Positions 24,846 through 36,400 of a DNA stretch of 64,000 nt are shown one piece after another. The translations under genes were made by a program, and so were the position numbers. Numbering within the stretch: position 1 is the first letter of the stretch; each line of letters starts with the position of its first letter. Under the pieces are notes generated by a model. The model saw only the letters and a program-made list of their open reading frames with translations, was not told the DNA's origin and did not search any database. Source of the stretch: Lepidodermella squamata (lineage: Eukaryota > Animalia > Gastrotricha); contig JBLDXI010000064.1 in assembly GCA_047495785.1 (NCBI GenBank), positions 682,001 through 746,000 of the forward strand, read 5' to 3'.

Positions 24846-26426
24846 TTGTGAGAAAGTAAAGCCAAATTTATAAATTACACGAAAAACATTTGATGAATCA
24901 AGCTGAATAGGTAATGTATCCCAGCGTTCGAAAACAATGGACCATGGGAGTACAGAAGTATCTCTAAAATCGATGGATAGGCGATGACGAAATGCGGAAA
25001 CTCATAGTTCCGTACAACGACGGAGACGCTCAAAAATTGTTGTTTCGATAATATTTCGCCACCTCCATCCGTGCATTCTGTGAACAAAAGCTTCATCCGA
25101 GCTCAAGCGGATAAGACCTGCTCCCGGCCAACTTCAATCTACAATCTACCCACACATGTCTCCCATATCAAGCAAGCACAGCTGAAGTGGAGATGTGATT
25201 ATCGAGCCTAGGCATCCCTCATTCATGTGTTTTGAATTAAATTATTCATCTTGCAAGCATTCTTTCTTCCGGCGGATACCTGTGCCGTTTATTAGAAGCA
25301 AGGCAAAGAAAGTGTTGGGCATTTTGGGCATTTGCAGTAGCAGCAAATCAGATTCGACATTTGGCAAAGCGGAAAAGTAAGGCCTACGCCGTATCACATC
25401 CGCCACTAACTTGAAATTCGACCCGATATGTGGCGCGTAATCTTGGGATCTTGTCTGGGATATTTCGGCTGAGCTCGAACGGAAGCCGATTACGCATCTT
25501 CAACCTTGAGGAATCTTAAGGAATAACCGCAGGAATAAATAAATAGATATATAGATAAATAAAGACATTTATCCGTCAACTCTCACGAAAGGGAAAACAA
25601 TAAAGAAGGAACAACACAAACAGATGTGCCTAGGAATAAAATGTACTTCGATGAACACGCCCTGCTGCCTAACGAGATATTCACGCTGGTGACCTGCCAA
25701 GCAGAGCGCGTGGAAGACTAGTCTAGGGGACTGATCCTGGCCAAAACGAAATCGGTTCCCATCACACATAGGTATCGTTAGCGTCGATGAATAACTCGAA
25801 TTTATGGCTGTTTACGACAGTTTGAAGGTAATGAGTGACAAATGAAAAATCTTTTGTTCTTTGTCTCTTCTTCACGTTGAAAAATGCCGCTTTTACCTAA
25901 CACACGAGACCTTGAAACAACACAACAATGTTCTAACACAATGTTAAAAAAAAGCCAAAATCTGGGTTATTCAATGACGGTTATTCAATGACGCTAACGA
26001 TATGGCAACAAAATGAAAATCTTATCTTGAAGTAGTGCACACCTGGTCGATAATTTGTATGTCTGTTTACGGCCGTCAAGGCTAAGCTAACGCGGAATCG
26101 CCTTCTTTTTTGACAGCGATAGCGCAATTTTTTCGAAAAAATTGCTATCTAACACCGTCTCATTTGACATTCGAAACGCCAGTTTCAGGTCGCCGCGGAA
26201 ATCACCGTTCAAGCACTCGAAACGTTTCCGTAGATGTTTCTCCATACAGGAATCTAACTAACCGGACGCGAGGACATGATTTCTCCCCGCTAGTGACAAT
26301 TTTCGAGTGCTTCCTGTATTTCAACAATCCCCCGCCTTCAACAACCGTCTCTCTATATCTATAAGTTGCAATAAACAGCAGGCGATGGATTTTGCTAGCT
26401 AGCGCCTCAATTTTCGCCACCCGAGC

Positions 26427-28071
26427 ATGTCAGTGCCGATGAATGCAAGCGTGCTGCAGGGCGGATCGTGGATAGTCACCGATCTGCCGGACCATGGGTT
26501 TGATGGACCAAGGCCGTATTTCGTGGGGTGGGCGCACGATCTGAGAACTCGGTCAATGGCAGATCGCCTGCCTTATACGATCGTAAGCGGCGTGTTATCA
26601 ATTGTTGCCATTATTGCTAGCCTGGTGAATGTCGCCGTTTATTACCGGCGCAACGTGAATCGAGACTTTTTGCTACTGAACGGCATCGCCTCCTTAAGGA
26701 ACATATGCTATGTTGCAACCTGGATGGGTTCGTTGCTGGTAACTCTGGCAACAGGTTACTGGGAGGCGAGCGACGCCGCCTGCCAGCTCACTTTTTGGCT
26801 CATTTCCTTCACCGGCAGTTACGGCTTGCTTCTCAATCTGCACATCAGCTACGAGCGGCGAGTGTGCGTCACGTCGAGCAGCATACATCGATCTAACCCT
26901 CTCAAGGTACCTATGAACTACTTACCTAGTAAGATAAAGAAGGGCACACGCAGTATTAATTATCTATAGCACTATGCAAGGGGAAGAAATTGAAACCCGA
27001 AACCGAAACAACCACAGGGAGCCCTTTGGTCTATAAATTGGGTAATAAAATACCCCATAGTTCGGGAATCCCATCACGCGAAGTAGGATTTTCAAACTAG
27101 GGGGTATTTTCGCCGGCCCCAATTTGTATTACCAAAGGTCCCCTTGTGGTCGTTTTGGTGTTTTCCACCTTGGCCTGCCGAACTGGGGAGTCCGATACGG
27201 GAGATCCTACCCCGTATCTTAATTCGAAGAAATAAGAATAGCCAGTTTTTCTCAATGAGGCCTACGCCAATAAAAACGGCCCGTATCGGGTTTGTTGAGC
27301 AGCTCCCTTTATTATCTGTTAGATTATATCTGTTTCTTGTCGTGCGTCTCCGATGTGGCAAGTCCTACACTGCCTTGAAGTGTTAGGAAACGTTTTCTAC
27401 TAACTGTTGATGATATTTTCACACAGCTGGTCGCGATGGCATCAGGCATGGCCATTTGTAGCGCGCTGTCCTGTGTCATCATGTCCTTCGCCCCGTATCC
27501 AGTGATGGCCGTTCAACAGTTCAGGCTAATCAGCAACAACAGCAGCAGCTGCTGCAATACGAATCCTGTACGCATATGCGGGTTTTTTGTCAGCCGCCTC
27601 GCCGGCCCAGTCGACAGCCTGATCGTCGGAGTAGGACTTTTCATGTTCTATTCCCAGGCAGCTTGCTCAGGCTTGGCGTACAACTACTGGAAAGTTTTCA
27701 GAACTATTCGATCTGCTCGTTTGCGACTACGAGGCGTCACTTCAATGGAAGACAATTGGTACAAGAAGGAGACTTTCATCGCCAAACAGTCCCTCGCTGC
27801 TTTCCTCGTCTACTTCGCCTGCCATATGCCGCTGACAACGCACTTTCTCATGTCTCTTTTCTACCGCGAAGTTGGCCCAATGCACGCAAGCGGGGACCTG
27901 CTCAAGTACGGCCAAATCTGCTTATTACTTGAGATGGTTCTTTCTGTCTTCATTAGGACACAAAAACCAGGATTCTACGATCGCTATCCAGCAATGATCA
28001 CTCGATTCGGCGCAACGTGTCGCGCAATCAGTCTGCTGAAAGCAGCTCGACTACGCATCAGCCCATCTTAA
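26427..28071 (+). CDS. 7TM receptor copy A3, 2 exons: join(26427..26906,27427..28071), 374 aa, apparently intact
   Basis: GT at 26907, AG at 27425-27426; near-identical to A1 at the 5' end and to A2 in exon 2. Confidence 0.8.
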
Positions 28072-30307
28072 AATATCCACTCGAATGAAAAATGAACTCA
28101 TATTATGAGCATTTAATAAAACTTCTTGATGCACTAGAACTTGTTCACGGTTTTCTGTTGACTGATTGATCGATAGACTGAATTACAAAAATTCAAGTGC
28201 CAAATCAGAAAAAATTTGTTTACTTAATAGGGTCGCCACGAAAATTCAAGCGAAATGGAATTAGATTAACCTATTCCCACCAGCGCAGTAATTTGTATTT
28301 GATAACTTTGTTGATGAAACGTCGGTAATCAATCTTTGCATTGCTTCGTCACAACATTCTATACTTCATTTACCTGCCCTCCATTTGGTTCTGGTCATGA
28401 TCCTCCAGAGCGACATCAGTCGCCTGGTCGAAATCCAGTTCTTCGCCGCTTCCGTCATCGCTGTGTCACTTTTATTTTTTAGTCTAACAGAAACAATGAT
28501 TTCGAAATTCGATTCCGAGGAAGGCAATTTTACCGTTGTGTGCTATTTTGAGAAATTTGAAGCTACACCGTCGTTTAGGGTGAGTTGGGCACTTACAAAA
28601 ATTACCCCCTGGTTGTATTGCATATTTACACGTTTCCAAGGGTCCGTAAAAATTTAATTCTCAGTTCGTCCCAGGTTTGGGGCAAATTGGGCAGCTTAAT
28701 CTTTATAAGTGGATAATGAATAACAGTAGTTTGAGACTGTTGAGTGGTCGAATGTTTTTTGATGCGCCATATGTCTAAAGCAGGTAATGGTTCGACTCCC
28801 GATAACAACATTTTTATTTGTTGTTTTTTACATCCGAAAGTTTTTTACTAATATACTAATATTTATTTCATATTCCAGGCTCTTCTCCTGACAGTCCCAA
28901 GAAGTCGGAGAAAGTTCACAAGGTTCTCATAATTAAGTACACCAATTTAACCAAAATACTAATTCGCCCCTAATTGTCCTTGGGGCGATTTTTGGCGCAA
29001 TTACCAGGCCATACCTGTGCATCGCCTCGGGTCTCGGTTTTTTCTTTGTTATCACCAAAGCAGCCTAATGCCTAATATGTACATTGACAGAGTGGAAAAG
29101 TTCGATTCATTAAAGCTTGATCAGCATTTTGTCACCTGTGCAGTGCGCGAAGTAACGGGGTGTCGTTCGCGAGGCCGAAGGTAGAAAAGGAAGGTAGAAA
29201 GGCAGAGGGAACTGTTGTCATGCAATTTGGGGATGCTTTTCCGCACATGAGGCGTAGATGGGTTGAAAAGATTATTTCTGACACGAAAAGTTGTTCATAT
29301 GAATGTGGGGCCAAGTGAGAGAAGTAGCGGGGAGACGGGGAGAACGGTACTACCAGTTCGACCGGCCGAAAGAATGACACGATTCGCAGAGTACTATGAC
29401 AAGTTTCTCGAGAATTTGCGACAAGGTTCACTCTTGAAATGGAGATTATTTTCCTGACCATTCTTAATCGATTAATCCTTAATCCAAACAGCAGGCGAGA
29501 ATGTTCCTAGTTCCTAGATTTTTTACTATATTTTATGTACTTTCGCCCAAACTGTCGTTGACACCCTCGCTTTGCGCAAATTTTTCGCTGAAAATAGCTA
29601 AAAAGTTTACACAGCATTTACGTGCTGCGGAAACTACTTTAGGAAATTCAAAAATCTGAACATGTCGATAGGCTCGAGGAATTTCTCACGATTCTCGAGC
29701 GGTTCCGAGTATTAGAGTGTTGTAGTCCTAATAGCACAAATTTTTTAAAATAATGGCCTAGTTTTAATGTGAGACAATTCTTCCTAAAATATGACACTAA
29801 CAACAAAATGTCTTAAATTTTCATCCGCTATTTTGACTTATCAAATTTCGATTTTAAATGTTATTTTTTCAAAAATTTTCTCACTCCTTTTTCTCGGGGA
29901 AAATTATCTAAATATTTAAATAATTTTCACATCAACCTAAAAGCAAGGTACCAGGCACCCATAGGCCCCCATAGACGTAAAGACTTTCCTAATTAATGAC
30001 GCTCTCTCGCTAGCCCTGTATGTTGAATCTGGTATAAAAGCGGCTGTTGTAAACGAGGGAATTTGTAGAGATCTTCTCACGATATTCTCCCCTCGAATTA
30101 ATCGCTATAAACGGCTAAAAAGGGCAGTCTACTTTAAACAGCATTTAGGTGCTCCGGAGGAATAATAAGAATTAGCCTTGTTTCGTTTTGTTCCCAAAGC
30201 AGCGAATCGTAAACAATGTCTTAATTAATAACGCCCATACTAGGCCCTGCATGTTAAATCTGGTATCAACGCGGCTGTTGATGACGAGAGAATTTTTAAA
30301 GCAAGCA

Positions 30308-31655
30308 GCAAGCAATGTTTTTTTATTCGATCAAAAGAAATAAACACGCACCGGCCACGGGTGGGCTTTGGGCGCGTCCCGGAATATTTTCGAATAACAC
30401 AATAAATACAGAATATCATATACAGATATAAGAATTTTTAAAGCATAATTTGCATTTGTTTCAGCTGCTGATTCTCGCCGCCTGTTCGTTCGTCATTTGC
30501 GCAGTTGCTAATGTAATATTTACGTTCGCACCGTTGCCGATAATGGCCCACCAGCGGCTGGTGGTCGACGGCATCAACAACAACACAGCCATCGACTTGT
30601 GCGGCGTGTTCCCGTATCGCTTCGTCGGCTCCTCGGACGTTCTCGTCCTGATACTCGTTGTTTTCTGCATCATCATCCAAGCAACAACGTTTAGCTTTCA
30701 ACTACTGGTAAGCAATTCCTAAGCAGTTTTCAGAACCTTTTAGTTACTGTTTGATTGAAGGAAGATATTTTCTCAAATTCGGTCAGTTCGTTTGGGCTGG
30801 AGCTCGAAGCTGCAAGGTCCCGATCGAGAGGCGCAGTGGTACCAACGTGAGTTATTCTTCGCCAAACAGTCAATTGCTGCTCGTGTACAACTTGTGCCCG
30901 ATGGCTGTTCACCCAGCTATGCAGATTGGCTATGCCGAAATAGGGCCTCGTTTCGTGACCGGTGACTACACCAAGTACGGCCATGCGGTTATCATGTTCG
31001 AGATCGCAGCTTCAGCTGTCGTCCGCACGCTGAAACCGTCAAATCGTGTTGCTACGCCTCCAAGTGCGACTAAAACACTGAAAACGCCAAGTGGCGCAAA
31101 TGGTCGGCAGAACACGACGACTGTGACTTCGGTCAAAGTCATTCAGATTAGACCAAAGTATTTTCTGCCTGAAACTTGGCGATCCACTTGCTACGCCTAT
31201 TAGAAATGTCCAACATACTATACATCTAATCTGCCATCTCTATCTTGGATGTGAATTTATTCCGAACCACGCTCCTATATCAAAACTAGCCTTGATCGAT
31301 AATAACAATTATGATGTTAATAATGTTGCTAATTCAATTATCGAATCCATATTAACTTGCAAATCCGTCAACAATATCTCACTGTCACGCATCTTAGCTA
31401 TTGCTTCTAACTACCTACTTGCTCTTAAATTACACGTTTACTCTAACAGGAATGATAATTAATGCGTAATAGGCCTGCTGCTGTCTCTGTACCTTCTTCG
31501 CCAACCTCTTATGTCTCACGTATATAATTATAATTATATTAGGTAGATAACTGTATTTATTGTGTTGCTTCGAAAACATTCCGGGACGCGCCCAAAGCCC
31601 ACCCGTGGCCGGTGCTAGTGTAATTATTCTGTTGATGAAATAAAACATTGCTTGC
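30308..31655. repeat. About 110-bp inverted repeats (about 30308-30420 and 31545-31655) bracketing receptor pseudogene exons
   Basis: GCACCGGCCACGGGTGGGCTTTGGGCGCGTCCCGGAAT core occurs in opposite orientations, and flanking similarity continues on both sides; no TSD seen. Confidence 0.7.
30465..31203 (+). pseudogene. 7TM receptor copy C1: exons 2-3 only (30465..30707, 30761..31203) with two frameshifts and no exon 1
   Basis: Homologous to 61492-61739 (AHQRLVVDGINNNTAIDLC); frameshifts near 30690 and 30880. Confidence 0.8.
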
Positions 31656-32628
31656 ATGCTAATGAGGTGGCCACGAAAATTCAAAAGAAATGATGCGATG
31701 AAATTAGATTAACCTATTCAAATTTGTAATAATGTGTTTAAATATTTTTTCATATTCCTGGCTCTTTTCTGAGTGTCACAAGTGGTCGGAGGACGTTCAA
31801 AAGGTTCTCATAATTAAATAATTAAATAATTAATTCTCATAAGACAAATTCACCCCCATAATTGAATTTTCCACGGGGCAATTTTGGCGCAATCACTTGG
31901 CCATACATGTGCATCGCCTCGGTGTACGGTTTTTTTCCCTGTTTTCACCGGAGGAAAAAATGTTATCTGTACTCAAAGCCTTTCGATTTGTTTCAGATAA
32001 TTTGATTCATTATCTGCGAAAACACGTTCGGGGTTACTGTAAGTAGTGCCGTCGACAACTGCGCCAAGCTCTTTATTCCGCAAAACGTCGTTTTAAATGT
32101 GTATACCACAGTGCTATGCAGATAAGCAGCAATAGGGGATATTGGATTTAAAACATTAAGCATTAAGTGGATGACATGAGACTAAATAACAAAGCACCAT
32201 CCTGTCAGCAAACCAACGTGACGAAATGCGGCAGCTCGCAATCCTGGACAAACTCGATAAATCGCTGTTTTTATAATATTTGGCAAAACTAGACCGTGCA
32301 GGAATGAGGACGAAAGCATTACTCAAGATCAAGATGAATCATCTTACAGCTACAGTTGTCAACTTCAATTTTCTCTTTCGTTTACCTCTAATCGAGCAAG
32401 CCGAAATTTGATGCCCAAACAGTAAATATTTCATTTTTTCCGAAATATAGGACTCGTGTTCGCATGCTTTGTTCGCATGCTTTGTGATTGCTCGAGGCGG
32501 ATATCTGTGCTGTTATTCGAGCACGCATGGGCGGCGGCGGAAGTAACCTGTCGAACGAACTGACAGTTGAAAGCCTCCGATCTGCTGCTGGGATTCAGCA
32601 CTAGACATTATTTTCCGAAAAACATTAG

Positions 32629-33141
32629 ATGAACGACAGCATTCTTTATCGGGCAGTGGCAGCTCAATCGAAGCTAGCAGCAGCAGCAGCAGTTTTGCTG
32701 CCTGGCGGGGCTTGGATTGCGGCTGATATCGAAGACCGCGGCTTCAATGGCTCGCGGCCGTACTTCATCGGCTATTTCCACGACCTGAGCAGGCCCTCGA
32801 TCGAAGGTCGACTGCCGTATACACTGACCATTGTCATAACAGCTGTCTTAGCGATCGCAGCCACCATCGCTAACTTGGTTGCCTACTACAAACGCGGCGT
32901 CAACAGCAGTTTCATCATGTTGTGCTGCTTGCTCGCTGCTAGCAATATCATTTACGCCCTGAATAGTTGCGTAGGCATGCTGATCCCTTTGCGAACTGGC
33001 TACTGGGAAGCCGGCCCGGTCGCTTGTTCGCTCATGTACTGGATTACGAGTTCGGTCGGGGCTTTTGGCAATTTCGTCTACTTTCTCATCAGCTACGAAC
33101 GCCGTCTCTGCGTCACCTCGGCTAGCATGTATCGATCCAGT
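32629..33141 (+). pseudogene. 7TM receptor copy C2: exon 1 truncated at the Helitron-like junction; exons 2-3 not found downstream
   Basis: Homology to 60929-61435 ends at MYRSS (33141), three codons before the conserved splice donor, and is followed by A7 and unrelated sequence. Confidence 0.8.
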
Positions 33142-33498
33142 AAAAAAACCATGCTAGGACATGAATGTGGTTCATTTTGGCAGCTTTGCGCTGAGCATAA
33201 AAGGTTTCACAAAGGTTCCACTCAACTACCCCTTGGAACTCCCCTCCTAGCCATCTTGGAGGGGAACGTTTTTCGCCCCTCCCCAATGATATTATATTCT
33301 CTTTACAATGACAGCAACCGGAATCGATGTATTGGTGAATCTTTGCACATGCACCTGCCCTCACCTTGATTACCCTCAATATAATGTCATTGGGCAAAAA
33401 CAGTGATTTGCATTTTATTATATCGAAAAAAGCTGAAAACGGTGAGACAGGCTTAAAATGTCATTTGAACCATGAAAACCCGAAATCGGCGAGACTTG

Positions 33499-36400
33499 TT
33501 ATTCGAATCGCACCTATATTATAGCAATTAAGAACATGAAGATCACAAGATGATGAACAAAAAACATACATCTCGGACATGAGCCAGTGGTGTTTCGTTG
33601 CCACGCCCGTTCGCCAGTTGCGTTACTTTCGCTTCGTTCAGCCGTCCAAAGGTGACAATGGCCAATCTCCGAAGGAAAGCTTGTCTCGCGCTTGTCTCGT
33701 CCACCTGATCGATGACAACTGCACGAACTTGCCATGGCAGAAGATCAGGTCTCAGAGCACGGTGGATGTCCCGCTCAAGTCGCATGCGAGCCTCATCCGA
33801 GGTAAAGCCATAGACTATGGCAAGCAATAGCCACTTGTCACCTCGGGTGAAGTTGGCGCCGTTACCATTATTGTGCTCCCTGAGACGCTCCTCGGCCGAA
33901 CGTTCAGTTTGCCCAATATAGGAAACATACGGGCGCGTTTCCGAAATCAGGTGGTAAACGACGCCCCAGTCAACGATTGGCACGACCGAATTTGTGACGT
34001 AGAAGACCGGGTCGGTGATGCTAACCACAGGCTGCCGGACGGTGAGGATGTCGAGTTGAGCCAATCGAGACATGATGGCGCGATCGTAGGGGTTGTCTTT
34101 TGTCAATATCGAATCGATCGCATTAGCCGTAGCTTGCTGGCTCGATGTGACAAAACCGACACGGTCCAAATTACGACACCGAGACACCATCACCAGCAGT
34201 TGCGCCTTTTCCCACATGCGCTGTGACCTGACGACATCGGACACCTGGATAACTACGCCCTCTTCGACAGTAGTGCCCATAATTCGGTGGACCGTCGTGC
34301 AAAGCTGAAAAAGAATGTGATTTTGAACATGTATATGAAGAGGCGTGAAAAATGTACGTAGTAGCGGAAGGGAAACTGAACTCGGCGGGCGCGTTTAGCA
34401 TCAAGGCCAACGATGATTGGCATCCCAGCATGTCGCGGGACTTGTATGAGAGGCCAAGTAGGATCCACAACAGCCGCAGCTCGCTGGCCCGGCGGAACAA
34501 GCCGAACAGTGACACGAGCCTGCCTATCCTTGATGTTGTCCGGGATAGCGACGACAATGGCAAGCTGACCTTGCGAGAACGTCTGCATGGGTTCGTTTGA
34601 TATGTTGTTGTAGGTCATGCAGAGCAGCTCGCCAACAAACAACGACAGCTTTCGAGGTTCAAGACAAATCTTATCGAGCTTCCTAATGAAATTCTGATTC
34701 GTCGTAGCCATGAAAGGCTGTGAACCCGATTGGAACTCGTCTATCGACTCACAGTCAACAACAGCAACCTGCCGGCGTTTTCTCGCAATGAACTCTTCGA
34801 TAACTTCTTTTTCAGCCGCCCGCGTGGTCACTATCCGAATCAAATTGTCAGGCGCTTCGTCCCAGCTGTTGTAAAAGCGAGCTCTTGCCAAGATCGTTTG
34901 GGACACCTCGTTACGCTGGATGTCATTTAGACTGGGCTGGCGTAAAAGGTCGAGGATGCCTTGAAGTTGAGGATCCTGCGCGGCTCTCACATAGTGCGAT
35001 AGCATCACAACGTCGAACGAAAACATCAGGCTGCTGGATACCCAAAACGGCCGACCCTGAGAAAAATAGAATAAAAAACATTACAAGTTGAAAAAATAAG
35101 CATACTTTGATTGGCTGCAGTTGCGCAAAGTCACCTAAACAGTTAGAATAGAAAACAAGTGTCAGAGAAATTAAAAAAAATAGCCGAAATGAACCTGTTG
35201 CAATGACAAGCTTGCCGCCGAATTTGAGGTCATTTCCCATTGTATATCGAAGTACAGCGTCGAGAAGGGCAAACATCTCCGCTGATACCAAACCGATTTC
35301 TTCAATGAAGAATACGTCTGTCCGGTAGATGAGCTGGGCTTTGACCGGGTCCCTGCCGAGCGCCATAATGCAGTCCTGAGACTCGAGAATAGCGTGCGAG
35401 TAAGTTGATGTGTTGACTCGCATTGGGAACACCAGGTGCAGGTGACGTCCGCCCAGTGAACGCGCTCGCTCCGAAGTCAGCGCCGTGAGACAAACGTTGT
35501 GACCTCTAGCCATTGCATAGAGAACAACTGTTTGAAGGAGATAGGTTTTTCCAGCACCCGGAGGACCGACGAAAACGGAATGATTAAACTTTGCTCGGTG
35601 TTGTTGCAAAAAATCGATTTTGCGTAGAGCGTGAGACAAAGCTTCACGTTGTTGGTCCAGCGAGGCATCAGTTTGACCTGGAAAAAGAGAATTTATCAAC
35701 AATGCAACATAGAATGTTTTAAATATAGAACCTGGCGATCGCTGAAGAACCGGTTGCCATTGAACAGGATTAGCGACACTGGCTTCGACGATATCAGCCA
35801 GCGGAGGGAGATCCAGTTTACCAGTAAGCTGTCCGTGTGTCACCTCGGCCAGGACTTCGCGGTAGAGCCTCTCAGCACTTTCGATCTGTTGAGATGCTCT
35901 GGCCTTCAAAATCACCGAAGAAATGGAGGGATAATCGGAATCCAGGCTTCCGGAAACGAAAAAGAAATCATGCAATATCGCACGAATTTTCTCGATGTAC
36001 ATTCCCAGCTTTTTCGCCGACACAGGCATCCAGGCCAGCTGTTCAAGGATAAGCCGGCGAAAAATGTTTTTCACTTCAGCCTCCAGGTTGGGAAACGTAT
36101 CGTTCGCTTCGTCATAGGTAACAAGGCCGACGTTCGCAAAATTTCGCCGCATGTCGCGAAATGCGATCGCCTGCAGTTCATTCTCCATCGAGCCAAGCGT
36201 CATAATACAATGGTAAAGAAACTTGAAGCGATTGTTCGGTGTGACGTTTGACGGAACGGTGACGGCGGCGACAGAATTAGTCGGCTTTACGTAGCGAGTC
36301 GTCATTTCAACATCACCTCTAGCTAACGCCATGAAAATGGCAAGCAGCGGTGCAACTGCTGGGTGATCTTGATCCTGTTTTAGCAGAAACTCCAAGCCGA

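Noticed and set aside
33543-34280. Independent Penelope element or homing endonuclease
   Set aside because: The GIY-YIG domain is in the same exon and frame as helicase motifs V-VI, and there is no associated RT.
35631-36251. Antisense and overlapping short ORFs in the ORF track (e.g. 35631-36251, 11441-11848, 60709-61053)
   Set aside because: These are shadow ORFs opposite well-supported coding exons, with no recognisable motifs.
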